Shown piece after piece: positions 39,807 to 49,708 of a stretch of 64,000 nt of DNA (position 1 is its first letter; each line of letters begins with the position of its first letter). The position numbers were made by a program, and so were the translations under genes. Source of the DNA: a bacterium (GTDB lineage Bacteria; Omnitrophota; Gorgyraeia; Zapsychrales; Zapsychraceae). Below the pieces are notes generated by a model, which saw only the letters and a program-made list of their open reading frames with translations, was not told where the DNA came from and made no database searches. Where the stretch lies: positions 32,916-96,915 of the forward strand of contig JAUIER010000012.1 in NCBI GenBank assembly GCA_030429765.1. The letters run 5' to 3'.

Positions 39807-41156
39807 ATGAAAATAGTCATTGTTGGAGCAGGTCGGATTGGTCGAAATCTCTCGAAGACTTTGTCGGAGGAGGGGAATGAGGTCTATCTGATCGAAAATA
39901 ACAAGGCCGTGGCCACGCGGTTCGGAGATAAGCTCGATGTCAAGATTATCATCGGCACCGGCTCGGACCCGAATACTTTGCTCAAGGCTGATATCGCCAA
40001 TGCTGATTTGGTTCTGGCCGTGACCACATCCGATGAAACCAATTTGGTGGTATGTACGTTGGCGGCGTCGTTCGGAACCAAAAGACGGATCGCCAGGGTG
40101 CGCAATACCCGGCTTAGGGCGACAATCGCCGAGTTTGGCTATAATATTTTCAATGTAAATGAGATTATTAATCCGGAACTTGTGGCCGCCGAAGCGATTG
40201 TTAAAACGATCCACACGCCCGGTGCCAGTGAGGTTGGAGAGTTTGCTTCCGGCCGTATACTGTTGAGGGCTTTTGACATCTCCGGATCATCGCCTTTGTG
40301 CGGTGTCAAGATTGGCGAGTTTGCCGATGATGATTTTCCTTGGCCGTTTCTGATTATCTCAATTGTGCGTGATCATGAAGTATTTATCCCCAAAGGCGAC
40401 ACCGTCGTCGAAGAAGGGGATCATATCTATGTTCTCTTGCCACGCCATTCTCTGGCCGAATTTGTGTCAGTTGTTAATCCGGAGATTAAGCCGCCGCGAA
40501 AAGTGGTTATTTATGGCGCCAGTATTACCGGAAGGCAATTGGCGACGTCCCTATCGCAAACCATCAAAGATGTCATCCTAATTGAGGAAGATAGAGATCT
40601 AGCACAGCGCGTGTCTGAAGAAATCAGTAATGTCACGGTAATTAATGGATCAGCGTCAGAGTCGGAGATCTTGAATGAATGCGGCGTCGAGGTGGCGGAC
40701 GCCTACATTGCCACATCCAAAGATGATGACTCCAACCTCATTAGTTCGGTGTTGGCCAAACGTTTGGGCGCTCGGATGACTATCATCACAACACAGCAGC
40801 CGGAGTATATGGCGATCGTTGATGCCTTGAATATCGATGCCATTATCAACCCTCATTATCTGGCGGTGGAACAGATTCTACAGATGGCTCGCGGACGTAG
40901 TATCAGCTCGGTTACCAAATTAATGGAGTGTGATGCCGAGGCCATTGAATTGGTTCCGCAAAAAAATGCCCTCATCACCCGCAATCCCCTCAAAAATATT
41001 AAGCTTCCCAAAAACTCTATTGTCGGCGCAGTCTCATCTGAAAATGAGGTCACGTTGGCCAATGGTGATACACATATTAAGGAAGGCGAAAAAGTCATTG
41101 TTTTTTGTCATGAATCCGCCCTTAAAAAAGTTCAAGCGCTTTTTGCTCCTAAGTAA
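39807..41156 (+). CDS. trkA: Trk potassium uptake system NAD-binding subunit TrkA
   Basis: Two RCK/TrkA-N Rossmann domains (VGAGRIGRNL and YGASITGRQL). Confidence 0.85.
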   Translation: MKIVIVGAGRIGRNLSKTLSEEGNEVYLIENNKAVATRFGDKLDVKIIIGTGSDPNTLLKADIANADLVLAVTTSDETNLVVCTLAASFGTKRRIARVRNTRLRATIAEFGYNIFNVNEIINPELVAAEAIVKTIHTPGASEVGEFASGRILLRAFDISGSSPLCGVKIGEFADDDFPWPFLIISIVRDHEVFIPKGDTVVEEGDHIYVLLPRHSLAEFVSVVNPEIKPPRKVVIYGASITGRQLATSLSQTIKDVILIEEDRDLAQRVSEEISNVTVINGSASESEILNECGVEVADAYIATSKDDDSNLISSVLAKRLGARMTIITTQQPEYMAIVDALNIDAIINPHYLAVEQILQMARGRSISSVTKLMECDAEAIELVPQKNALITRNPLKNIKLPKNSIVGAVSSENEVTLANGDTHIKEGEKVIVFCHESALKKVQALFAPK

Positions 41157-41175
41157 TTCCTAATCGTCCACTATT

Positions 41176-42630
41176 ATGCACAAGAGATTTGTTATTAATA
41201 TTATTAGTCGAATCGTCCTCTTTGTCTGTGCTTTGATGCTGATACCACTGGCATGGGCCGTAGTGGACGATGTGCACCATCAGGAAGTTGAAGCGTTTAT
41301 CATTACAATTATTTTCGGTGCTATTGTTTCCAGTCTTTGTCTATTCTTTTTTCGTTTTCAAAAATCAGATTTTAAAAAAATTAATTCCAAGGACGGGTTG
41401 GCTATTGTCGGCTTGTCATGGGTGATTTTGTCGGCCTTTGGGGCGTTACCGGTGTATTTGAGTGGCGAGGTATTGAGTTTTACAGACGCGTTTTTTGAGA
41501 CGGCCAGCGGTTTTACCACGACGGGGGCGACCATCATGACAGATATTGAGGCCCTCTCACCGGGCATCATGTTCTGGCGGAGTCTCACGCATTGGCTGGG
41601 CGGAATGGGGATTATCGTGTTGTATATCGCCCTGCTTCCGGCTATCGGGGCCAATACTTTTCAATTATACAAAGCCGAGGCCCCCGGACTAGATGTGGAG
41701 CGGATCGAACCGCGTATTCGCGAGACGGCCAAAAAGCTCTGGTTTGTCTACTTTGGGTTTACGATCGTTCAGACGGTTTTGTTGATGTTCGGCGGGATGT
41801 CACTTTTTGATGCTTTATGTCATACATTTGGAACCATCGCCACGGGTGGTTTCTCAACCAAAAATCTGAGTGTTGCGTACTACAATGATTATATCCAGTG
41901 GGTGATTATTGTATTCATGTATCTGGCCGGGATCAATTTTATCCTGCATTTTCAATTGATCCGGGGTAATGTTAAAGCGATTTTTAGGAACGAAGAGTTT
42001 CGATACTATACGGCCATAATTCTGGTGATGACTGCCATTAGTGCCTTTTTGATCTCCATGACCGGCATGTCAGAAAAGCCGATCCAGGATGCGGCGTTTC
42101 AGGTGGTATCTGTTCTCACATCCACGGGATTTATAACGGCCGATTTTGACTTGTGGCCTAATGCCTTGAGATTTTTATTTGTACTGATGATGTTTGTCGG
42201 CGCCTGCGGCGGGTCAACGGGCGGAGGGATGAAGATTGTCCGGTTTTTTCTGGCGATCAAAATCTCGATACGATCAATCCTGCAGACGGTCTTTCCAAAC
42301 GCGGTTTTTTCCATCAAATTTAATGATAAGCCATTATCGGAAAAAGTCGTCACGGCTGTTCTCGCCTACTTTACGATTTATATGTTTTTGTTTTTATTCG
42401 GGGCGGCTTTATTTACCCTAACTGAATCGTGTGACTTGATTACATCAATGACGGCTTCTGTATCAGCCCTGAGTAATATTGGTCCCGGCCTCGGCAGGAT
42501 CGGCCCCGTACAGAATTATGCCTGGGTCAGCGTCCCGGGAAAATGGCTGCTGACATTTTTGATGTTGGCCGGCCGTTTGGAGCTGTATTCGATCCTGATC
42601 CTGTTTGTCCCGGCGACCTGGAAAAAATAG
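41176..42630 (+). CDS. trkH: Trk-type potassium transporter TrkH
   Basis: Multi-TM protein with the TrkH/KtrB selectivity-filter pattern (…SGFTTTGAT…, …STGGFST…). Confidence 0.85.
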   Translation: MHKRFVINIISRIVLFVCALMLIPLAWAVVDDVHHQEVEAFIITIIFGAIVSSLCLFFFRFQKSDFKKINSKDGLAIVGLSWVILSAFGALPVYLSGEVLSFTDAFFETASGFTTTGATIMTDIEALSPGIMFWRSLTHWLGGMGIIVLYIALLPAIGANTFQLYKAEAPGLDVERIEPRIRETAKKLWFVYFGFTIVQTVLLMFGGMSLFDALCHTFGTIATGGFSTKNLSVAYYNDYIQWVIIVFMYLAGINFILHFQLIRGNVKAIFRNEEFRYYTAIILVMTAISAFLISMTGMSEKPIQDAAFQVVSVLTSTGFITADFDLWPNALRFLFVLMMFVGACGGSTGGGMKIVRFFLAIKISIRSILQTVFPNAVFSIKFNDKPLSEKVVTAVLAYFTIYMFLFLFGAALFTLTESCDLITSMTASVSALSNIGPGLGRIGPVQNYAWVSVPGKWLLTFLMLAGRLELYSILILFVPATWKK

Positions 42631-42689
42631 TAAGGAAAAATAATTTTTGGTGTTATAATGCTCCCGTTTATCACAGAGGGAAAGACGAT

Positions 42690-43700
42690 ATGAGTATGAA
42701 TTTTGAAGAGATAAAAGCCAGTATATCCACGGAAGCGGCCCAGGTATCCGATGCCCAGCAGCTTGAGGCGTTTCGGATCAAGTATTTGGGCAAGAAAGGC
42801 GTGATTCAGGATATCTATGCCTCGCTGGCCCAGGCCCCGAATGAAGAAAAGCGGACGATTGGAAAGGCGGCCAATGAAATCAAACAGCTGGCGACTCGCG
42901 TCATGGAGGAGCTCAAAACTCGTGTTGGATCGGCCGGCGGAGGGAAAGCACGACGATCTATTGATCCGACCATCCCCGGGGTGGCGCCTAGGGTGGGATA
43001 TAAGCACTTGCTGACCCAGACGATCGAGGAAATATCGGATATATTTGAGAAGCTGGGTTTTGTCATTGAAGATGGACCGGAAGTTGAGACCGAATTTAAT
43101 AATTTCACGGCACTAAATATTCCTGAAAATCATCCATCCCGCGACGGTTTTGACACGTTTTACACGACCGCCCGGAATCCCGAGGATCAATCATCTCATC
43201 TACTTCTGCGGAGTCACACATCACCCGGACAGATTCGAATTATGCAGAACAACAAGCCGCCTTTGGCGGTGATCATCCCGGGACGCGTGTATCGACCCGA
43301 CGCCGTTGATGCCAGCCATTCATTTATGTTCCATCAGATTGAAGGTTTGTTGGTCGATAAGGATGTGAAATTTTCAGATTTAAAGGGATTACTGAACGCG
43401 TTTTGCAAGCGTCTGTTTGGCAATGATATTCAGATGCGGTTTCGACCGCATTATTTTCCATTTACCGAGCCCTCAGCGGAGGTTGATATTTCCTGGCGCG
43501 GCGGTAAACGCGACTGGCTGGAGATTATGGGATGCGGAATGGTTCATCCGAAAGTCTTTGAGTATGCGGGATATCCCAAGGGAAAATATACGGGATTGGC
43601 CTTCGGACTTGGTGTTGAACGAATGACGATGCTGAAGTACGGCATCAAGGATATTCGGCTTTTTTATGAGAATGATCAAAGATTTCTGGAGCAATTTTAG
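42690..43700 (+). CDS. pheS: Phenylalanyl-tRNA synthetase alpha subunit
   Basis: Class II motifs (…FRPHYFPFTEPS…, …GLAFGLGVERM…). Start refined to the ATG at 42690 behind a GAGGGA RBS. The ORF track's 42543 start overlaps trkH. Confidence 0.9.
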   Translation: MSMNFEEIKASISTEAAQVSDAQQLEAFRIKYLGKKGVIQDIYASLAQAPNEEKRTIGKAANEIKQLATRVMEELKTRVGSAGGGKARRSIDPTIPGVAPRVGYKHLLTQTIEEISDIFEKLGFVIEDGPEVETEFNNFTALNIPENHPSRDGFDTFYTTARNPEDQSSHLLLRSHTSPGQIRIMQNNKPPLAVIIPGRVYRPDAVDASHSFMFHQIEGLLVDKDVKFSDLKGLLNAFCKRLFGNDIQMRFRPHYFPFTEPSAEVDISWRGGKRDWLEIMGCGMVHPKVFEYAGYPKGKYTGLAFGLGVERMTMLKYGIKDIRLFYENDQRFLEQF

Positions 43701-43703
43701 ATT

Positions 43704-45731
43704 ATGAAGATAAGTCTGAACTGGATTAAAGATTACGTCGACGGAAAATTCAAGGCCGATACCCTGGCGCATCGATTAACCATGGCCGGCCTTGAGGTCG
43801 AAGAGATATCACATGTCGGCAAGGATACGGTGTTTGAATTGGAAATCACACCGAACCGTGCCGATTGTTTGAGTATGTTGGGTATGGCCCGGGAGATCGC
43901 TACAATTTTTGAGTCAAAACTGACCGTTCCATCCATCCCAAAATCCAAGGCCGTTAAGGCCACAGTGCCGGTCAAGATCGAGGATAAAAAAGATTGCCGA
44001 ATTTATACCGGACAATTGATTGAAGGGGTAGCCGTCAAGGAGTCACCGAAGGAAATTCAGCAGCGATTGCAGTCAATCGGTATCCGGCCGATCAGTAATC
44101 TCGTCGATGTTACCAACTTTTGTATGATGGAAATGGGCCAGCCGCTTCATGTTTTCGATGCGGATAAACTGGCCGGCGGATCTATTGTGGTGCGTCGGGC
44201 GCGTAAGGGTGAAAAGATCGTGACCATCGACGATGTAGAACGAGAATTAGATGAAGGCGTGTTGGTGATTGCCGATGCCGAAAAGCCGGTCGCCATTGCC
44301 GGGATCATGGGTGGAAAAGATACGGAGGTCACGTCCGCGACCCGGAATGTTCTGCTGGAGAGTGCCTATTTCGATCCGATCTTGATTCGGCGCACATCAA
44401 GAAAGCTGGGATTGTCGAGTGATTCATGCTATCGATTTGAACGCGGTGTGGACATCGCCGGCGTGAACCGCGTGGGACAACGGGCGTTAGATATGATCTT
44501 GAATTTGGCCGGCGGCAAGGTTGTCGCGCGCGGACAGGCCGGAACAGATCAGGTGAAGGCAGTTAAACCGGTCAAGATCAGTTTGGATCGAATTAATTCT
44601 TATTTGGGAACATCATTGAACGCCACTCAGGTCAAGGGAACCCTGAAGAAATTGAATTTTTCCATTGTTTCCCCCAAAGCCGGTCATTTTGAAGTGACGG
44701 CACCGTCATCGCGCAGCGATATTCATTCAGATGTGGATTTGATCGAAGAGGTGGCCCGTATTATTGGGTATGACAATCTTCCAGAGAGTCTACCGAATAT
44801 TCAGGTCGTCAATATTCCGGAAAATTCGGACCGACAGCGACGGCAGCAGCTGCGGGAAATGATGCTGTCACAAGGGTTCAGCGAAGCGATTACATTTTCT
44901 TTGCTAAACCGCAAAGAGCTGGCGCAGGCCAAGGTCGAAAGCAAAGATGTGTTAGCCATTTCAAATCCGTTATCGCTCGATCAGGAAATTCTACGTTCCA
45001 GTATGTTGCCGTCACTGCTTCAGGTGGTCCGGGCCAATGTCAACCGCGGGCAGCGGCATCTGCGTCTTTTTGAGCTAGGTAAGATCTATCAAAGTACGGG
45101 GCGGGAAGCTTATACATTAGGGATAGTTTGTACGGGAAACCTCGTCGACGATTGGCGTGAACTAAAAAAGCGAAACATCGGTTACTATGATATTAAAGGC
45201 GCCATTGTTCAGGCCTTTGAACGAGCCTCCCTGGGAGGTTTAGAATTTGAGGCCTCTCAGTTTCCCTATTTTGAAGAGGGAAACAGTGTCGCGATGATGC
45301 AGGGTGGTAAGCCATCCGGTATGATTGGCCGCGTACAGGATGGTGTCTTGAAAAATTTTGGGATCAAGATCAAGGATGTGTGGTTTGCGCAGGTCCGTGT
45401 GCCAGCCGTCGGTAAGCCGATACCGGTTGTTAAATTTAAGGAGTTGTCGGAGTATCCGGCCATCACACGGGATATCAGTTTGGCCCTGGACCAGAATATT
45501 CAGTATAAAGATGTACTGGCGGCGGCCAGGAGTAACGGCGGTGAATTTTTGCAGGACGTCGTATTCTGCGAGGAATACTTAGGCGAAAAGATTCCTGCGG
45601 GTCAACGCGGGATCATTATTTCTCTAAAATATCAATCCAACGACCGGACATTGACAGAGCAAGAGGTCAATGACGCGCATCAACAGGTGCTGGATCAGAT
45701 AGTCAGCTCCTTCCAGGCAACCATTCGATAA
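43704..45731 (+). CDS. pheT: Phenylalanyl-tRNA synthetase beta subunit (short form, 675 aa)
   Basis: B3/B4, B5 and FDX-ACB domain order. Directly after pheS. Confidence 0.9.
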   Translation: MKISLNWIKDYVDGKFKADTLAHRLTMAGLEVEEISHVGKDTVFELEITPNRADCLSMLGMAREIATIFESKLTVPSIPKSKAVKATVPVKIEDKKDCRIYTGQLIEGVAVKESPKEIQQRLQSIGIRPISNLVDVTNFCMMEMGQPLHVFDADKLAGGSIVVRRARKGEKIVTIDDVERELDEGVLVIADAEKPVAIAGIMGGKDTEVTSATRNVLLESAYFDPILIRRTSRKLGLSSDSCYRFERGVDIAGVNRVGQRALDMILNLAGGKVVARGQAGTDQVKAVKPVKISLDRINSYLGTSLNATQVKGTLKKLNFSIVSPKAGHFEVTAPSSRSDIHSDVDLIEEVARIIGYDNLPESLPNIQVVNIPENSDRQRRQQLREMMLSQGFSEAITFSLLNRKELAQAKVESKDVLAISNPLSLDQEILRSSMLPSLLQVVRANVNRGQRHLRLFELGKIYQSTGREAYTLGIVCTGNLVDDWRELKKRNIGYYDIKGAIVQAFERASLGGLEFEASQFPYFEEGNSVAMMQGGKPSGMIGRVQDGVLKNFGIKIKDVWFAQVRVPAVGKPIPVVKFKELSEYPAITRDISLALDQNIQYKDVLAAARSNGGEFLQDVVFCEEYLGEKIPAGQRGIIISLKYQSNDRTLTEQEVNDAHQQVLDQIVSSFQATIR

Positions 45732-45779
45732 AATGTTGTGGGTTTATCGAACAGTTGTGTTAAAATAATTGCATTGAAG

Positions 45780-46000
45780 TAATCCCTGCTGTGTTTGTTA
45801 GGGCGATAAAAAAATGAACCTAACATAATAAACGGGACGCCTGATGACTAAAACGCCCGTGGGCTTTTAGAGAGGGTACCCACTTGGTGGCTCGGTTCAC
45901 CAATTATATCGTCCGACGGCATAAGTGGGGATTACTTTGCTTTTCCCTCCTACCTTCCGATTTCTTCACCTAAATAATGACCAAAATCTGCGATTTCCAC
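45780..46000 (+). ncRNA. Candidate 6S RNA (ssrS), inferred from synteny
   Basis: A 355-bp non-coding gap immediately upstream of a 5-formyltetrahydrofolate cyclo-ligase gene, matching the conserved ssrS-ygfA linkage. Local stems exist (CCCACTT…AAGTGGG). The fold could not be verified by eye and the boundaries are uncertain. Confidence 0.25.
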
Positions 46001-46086
46001 CCCGATTTTAAGATTGTACAAAATCTAAAATAATGCTAAGATATTGCCACTTAAAATATATTTCGTTGCTGTTCTAAGCGATTAAC

Positions 46087-46644
46087 GTGCAAATAAATAC
46101 AAAAAAAGAGTTACGGAAGTATGTCATAACGCTTTTAAGAGGGCAGGAGGAAGAAAAGCGACAAGAAAAAAGCTTGGCGATACATCGTAAGCTTTTAAAT
46201 ATGAATGAGTTTCAACAATCATCTCATATTTTATTCTATGCATCGACCGAAGAGGAAGTCATCACAACAGGAATGATCAATGATTCACTTGATCTGGGCA
46301 AAACGGTAGGATTGCCGTATTTTGATCCGGCTGATCCGCATATACAGCCCAGAATTATCCATAATTTGGAAACCGATACGCAACAAGGACCTTATGGTAT
46401 CCGACAACCAAAAATCCAAGACAACAACATCATGCCGTCGATTGATATGGTCATCGTGCCCGGTGTGGCGTTTGACATGTCCAACCGACGCTTGGGTCGA
46501 GGTGGCGGATACTATGACCGGTTTCTAGGAACACTGCCAGCCGGGACTATTACCGTCGGCCTTGCCTACGACATTCAAGTTTTTGATCAATTACCTCAGG
46601 TCGAGTCACATGATGTTCCTGTGACGCATGTCTTGTCTAATTAG
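46087..46644 (+). CDS. 5-formyltetrahydrofolate cyclo-ligase
   Basis: 5-FTHF cyclo-ligase family pattern (…VPGVAFD…GRGGGYYDRFL…). Confidence 0.8.
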   Translation: MQINTKKELRKYVITLLRGQEEEKRQEKSLAIHRKLLNMNEFQQSSHILFYASTEEEVITTGMINDSLDLGKTVGLPYFDPADPHIQPRIIHNLETDTQQGPYGIRQPKIQDNNIMPSIDMVIVPGVAFDMSNRRLGRGGGYYDRFLGTLPAGTITVGLAYDIQVFDQLPQVESHDVPVTHVLSN

Positions 46645-46709
46645 ACGCTCGTCTTCCAACCATTACCCCTGCCGCATATCTCCGGACCATTGATAGAGAG
46701 GAGTCACCT

Positions 46710-48287
46710 ATGACTGAAGAAGCAGGAATTTATACGCAAAGCATTGTTTTATCCATCATCGTTATGGGGTCGGTTTTGGCCGGCTATCTGTTGCGATGGT
46801 TTTTTGCCAATAAAAAGCTGAAAGACGCCCAAGCTATGGCCAAAGGAATTGTTGATCAGGCCAAGCGTGAGGCGGAAAACCGTAAGAAAGAAATTGAGCT
46901 TCAGGGCAAAGATATGATGCTTCAATTGCGCCAGGAGTTTGAAGAAGAGACCCGTCACCGCCGTGAAGAGAACAATAAAATTGAAAAACGACTGATGCAG
47001 AAAGAGGAGAATCTGGATAAACGGGTGGATCTTCTGGAGCGTAAAGAAAAGGACATGGAAGAACGTCTGGATGAGTTGAAGGTCAAAGAGCAGAAGGTGA
47101 TCGATAACAATGAACAACTGGAAAAGGTCATTGCTGAAGAAAAAGATCGATTACAGAAAATTTCATCGATGACTGAAGAAGATGCCAAAAAGCTATTGTT
47201 ATCTCGGGTTGACGAAGATTTGCTGCAGGAAAAAGCATCACGTATCCGCGCTATGGAAGAAGAAATTAAAAGTACCGTGGATAAAAAATCACGGGAAATT
47301 CTGAGTGTTGCCATTCAACGGTGTTCATCGGAACATACAGCGGCATCGACCGTGACCGTGGTGTTATTACCGAGCGATGAAATGAAGGGACGGATTATCG
47401 GACGTGAGGGGCGTAACATCCGCGCGCTGGAAGCGGCGGCAGGGGTGGATATCATTATTGATGATACCCCGGAGGCGGTCACGATTTCAGGATTTGATAT
47501 GTACCGTCGTGAAACAGCCCGAATCGCGTTGGAAAACCTGATTGCGGACGGTCGGATTCATCCGGGCCGGATTGAGGAGGTTGTTGAAAAGGCCAAAAAG
47601 GAAATGGAGAACCTCATCAAAGAAGAAGGCGAAAAAACGGCCTTTGATTTAGGGATTCATGGGATGCATGTTGAGCTGTTAAAATTGGTCGGACGTCTGA
47701 AATTCCGTACCAGTTATGGTCAGAATGGTCTGCAGCACACCAAAGAGGTCGCGATGTTGATCGGTTCAATGGCCTCGCAATTAGGTCTTGATTCTAAACT
47801 GGCGATGCGTGCCGGATTGCTGCATGACATTGGAAAGGTTGTCAGTCAGGATGTTGAAGAAGGAACACACGCGATCGTGGGTGGAAATCTCGCCCGCAAA
47901 TATGGCGAACGAGAAGAGGTCGCCAATGCCGTTGAGAGTCATCATGACGAGGTTGAGTCAACGACGATTTACGGGGCATTGGTTTGCGCGGCGGATGCCA
48001 TCAGCGCGTCCAGGCCCGGAGCGCGGGCGGAAACGTTGGAGACATACGTCAAGCGTCTGGAAAATCTGGAAAAGATTGCCAATTCATTTAAAGGAATCAG
48101 CAAGGCGTACGCATTGCAGGCCGGGCGAGAGGTCCGCATGCTGGTTGATCCGGACAAGATTAATGATGATGAGGCGATTGTTCTGGCCCGTGATTTGCGA
48201 AAGAAGATTGAAGAGGAAATGGAATATCCAGGACAGATCAAGGTCATTGTCCTTCGTGAGACACGCGCGGTTGAATTTGCCAAATAG
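46710..48287 (+). CDS. rny: Ribonuclease Y
   Basis: N-terminal TM, long coiled coil, KH domain, HD domain (…HDIGK…). Confidence 0.9.
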   Translation: MTEEAGIYTQSIVLSIIVMGSVLAGYLLRWFFANKKLKDAQAMAKGIVDQAKREAENRKKEIELQGKDMMLQLRQEFEEETRHRREENNKIEKRLMQKEENLDKRVDLLERKEKDMEERLDELKVKEQKVIDNNEQLEKVIAEEKDRLQKISSMTEEDAKKLLLSRVDEDLLQEKASRIRAMEEEIKSTVDKKSREILSVAIQRCSSEHTAASTVTVVLLPSDEMKGRIIGREGRNIRALEAAAGVDIIIDDTPEAVTISGFDMYRRETARIALENLIADGRIHPGRIEEVVEKAKKEMENLIKEEGEKTAFDLGIHGMHVELLKLVGRLKFRTSYGQNGLQHTKEVAMLIGSMASQLGLDSKLAMRAGLLHDIGKVVSQDVEEGTHAIVGGNLARKYGEREEVANAVESHHDEVESTTIYGALVCAADAISASRPGARAETLETYVKRLENLEKIANSFKGISKAYALQAGREVRMLVDPDKINDDEAIVLARDLRKKIEEEMEYPGQIKVIVLRETRAVEFAK

Positions 48288-48291
48288 TTGA

Positions 48292-48346
48292 GAGCTGCAG
48301 ATTGCTGATTTTGTTTGTGAAATTTGGCAGCTGCAGCTTTTTTATT
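48292..48346 (+). terminator. Possible terminator after rny
   Basis: AGCTGCAG…CTGCAGCT inverted repeat followed by TTTTTTATTT. The loop is large. Confidence 0.3.
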
Positions 48347-48374
48347 TACATCTATAAATGGAATTGAGGAACGT

Positions 48375-49169
48375 ATGAACGTTTTATGTATTGGAGATAT
48401 TGTAGGGCGTCCGGGACGAGAGGCGTTGGAACATTGTCTGGATAAAATCAAAGAGGAATATCAGGTAGACTTCACCATTGTGAATTCAGAAAACGCGGCG
48501 GGTGGTGCCGGATTAACATCAAGGATAGCCAAAAAATTTTTAAAGTTCGGTTGCGATGTGCTGACACTCGGAGACCATACGTGGGACCAGAAGGAATTGG
48601 AGGAATATTTGGAGGATTCCGAACGGGTGATACGACCGGCGAACTTTCCCGAAGGCGCGCCGGGCCGCGGATGGTGCGTGCAGACCAGTCAATCGGGCGT
48701 TAAGGTCGGTGTGATCAATTTATTGGGGCGGACATTCATGCGTCATCAAGTTGAATGCCCGTTCCGGGCGGTCAAGGCTATTGCTGAAGAGATCCGTCAG
48801 CAAACACCGGTCATTATTCTGGATATGCATGCCGAAACCACCAGCGAAAAAATGGCCATGGGGCATTTCTGCAACGGCATGGTATCGGCTGTATATGGAA
48901 CCCATACGCATATTCAAACGGCGGACGAGACCGTGCTTGACCGCGGGACGGCCTATATCACTGATGTCGGCATGAGTGGTCCATATGATTCGGTGATAGG
49001 ACAGAATACCGAAAATATCATCGAGCGTTTTTTGAGCAGCCGGCCGATCCGGTTTCAGGTGGCCGAACAGAATATCAAGATTTGCGGAGTGGTGGTGTCG
49101 ATTGACGAAGCATCGGGTCAAGCCAGCAAGATACAGCGGATCCAATATCCGTACCAACCCCAGTCATAG
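48375..49169 (+). CDS. YmdB-like metallophosphoesterase (TIGR00282)
   Basis: MNVLCIGDIVGRPG…, follows rny as in Firmicutes-type rny-ymdB pairs. Start refined to 48375 behind the RBS GAGGAA. Confidence 0.8.
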   Translation: MNVLCIGDIVGRPGREALEHCLDKIKEEYQVDFTIVNSENAAGGAGLTSRIAKKFLKFGCDVLTLGDHTWDQKELEEYLEDSERVIRPANFPEGAPGRGWCVQTSQSGVKVGVINLLGRTFMRHQVECPFRAVKAIAEEIRQQTPVIILDMHAETTSEKMAMGHFCNGMVSAVYGTHTHIQTADETVLDRGTAYITDVGMSGPYDSVIGQNTENIIERFLSSRPIRFQVAEQNIKICGVVVSIDEASGQASKIQRIQYPYQPQS

Positions 49170-49274
49170 CCAATAAGGAATCTACAATTACCTTGTTCGG
49201 CTTTGGATCATATACTATAATTTACGTATCGCCGAAATTATCGCGATCGAAATGGCCTAGATAAAGGGGGATAT

Positions 49275-49664
49275 ATGGGAAATTGGGACGGATTAGATCG
49301 AAGAAAGTTTCCGCGGGTCAAATATCCGTGTTTGGTTATCCTCAAAGACGCAGAGGATAACAAAGAAATTATTCTCAGTCATACTGAAAATATCGGCATC
49401 GGCGGAATTTGTGTTATTCTAAAGAAAAACGTTAAAATGTTTTCCACCGTCGAGATCGAACTTGATTTGCTGGATATGAGTCAGCATATCAAGTGTCAGG
49501 GAAAGATCGTCTGGAACGTCCAGCGGAAGGATGATGCCAAGAAAAAACCGGCGTTTTACGACGTGGGTATTGAATTTAAGGATATCACAGACAAGGAACG
49601 TGAACGGGTCGAGCACATCATCACCAAACTGGCCGGTTTGGATCGAGAGGTCCCATACACATAG
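49275..49664 (+). CDS. PilZ-domain (c-di-GMP-binding) protein
   Basis: RRxxxR-like motif (DRRKFPRV) and the D/N-x-S-x-x-G motif (TENIGIGG). Confidence 0.7.
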   Translation: MGNWDGLDRRKFPRVKYPCLVILKDAEDNKEIILSHTENIGIGGICVILKKNVKMFSTVEIELDLLDMSQHIKCQGKIVWNVQRKDDAKKKPAFYDVGIEFKDITDKERERVEHIITKLAGLDREVPYT

Positions 49665-49708
49665 ACAAACGCCATCGTTTTAACTTCTTTCGAATATAGA
49701 GGATCCAC

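Noticed and set aside
42543-42689. ORF-track start of pheS at 42543 (385 aa)
   Set aside because: It overlaps trkH by 88 bp. The conserved PheS N-terminus begins at MSMNFEEIK (42690), which has an RBS.
45840-45960. RNase P RNA, SRP RNA or tmRNA in the pheT-downstream gap
   Set aside because: None of the conserved cores of those RNAs was seen (P4 AGGAAAGUCCGG, SRP domain IV, tmRNA tag region). The 6S hypothesis is kept on synteny grounds only.
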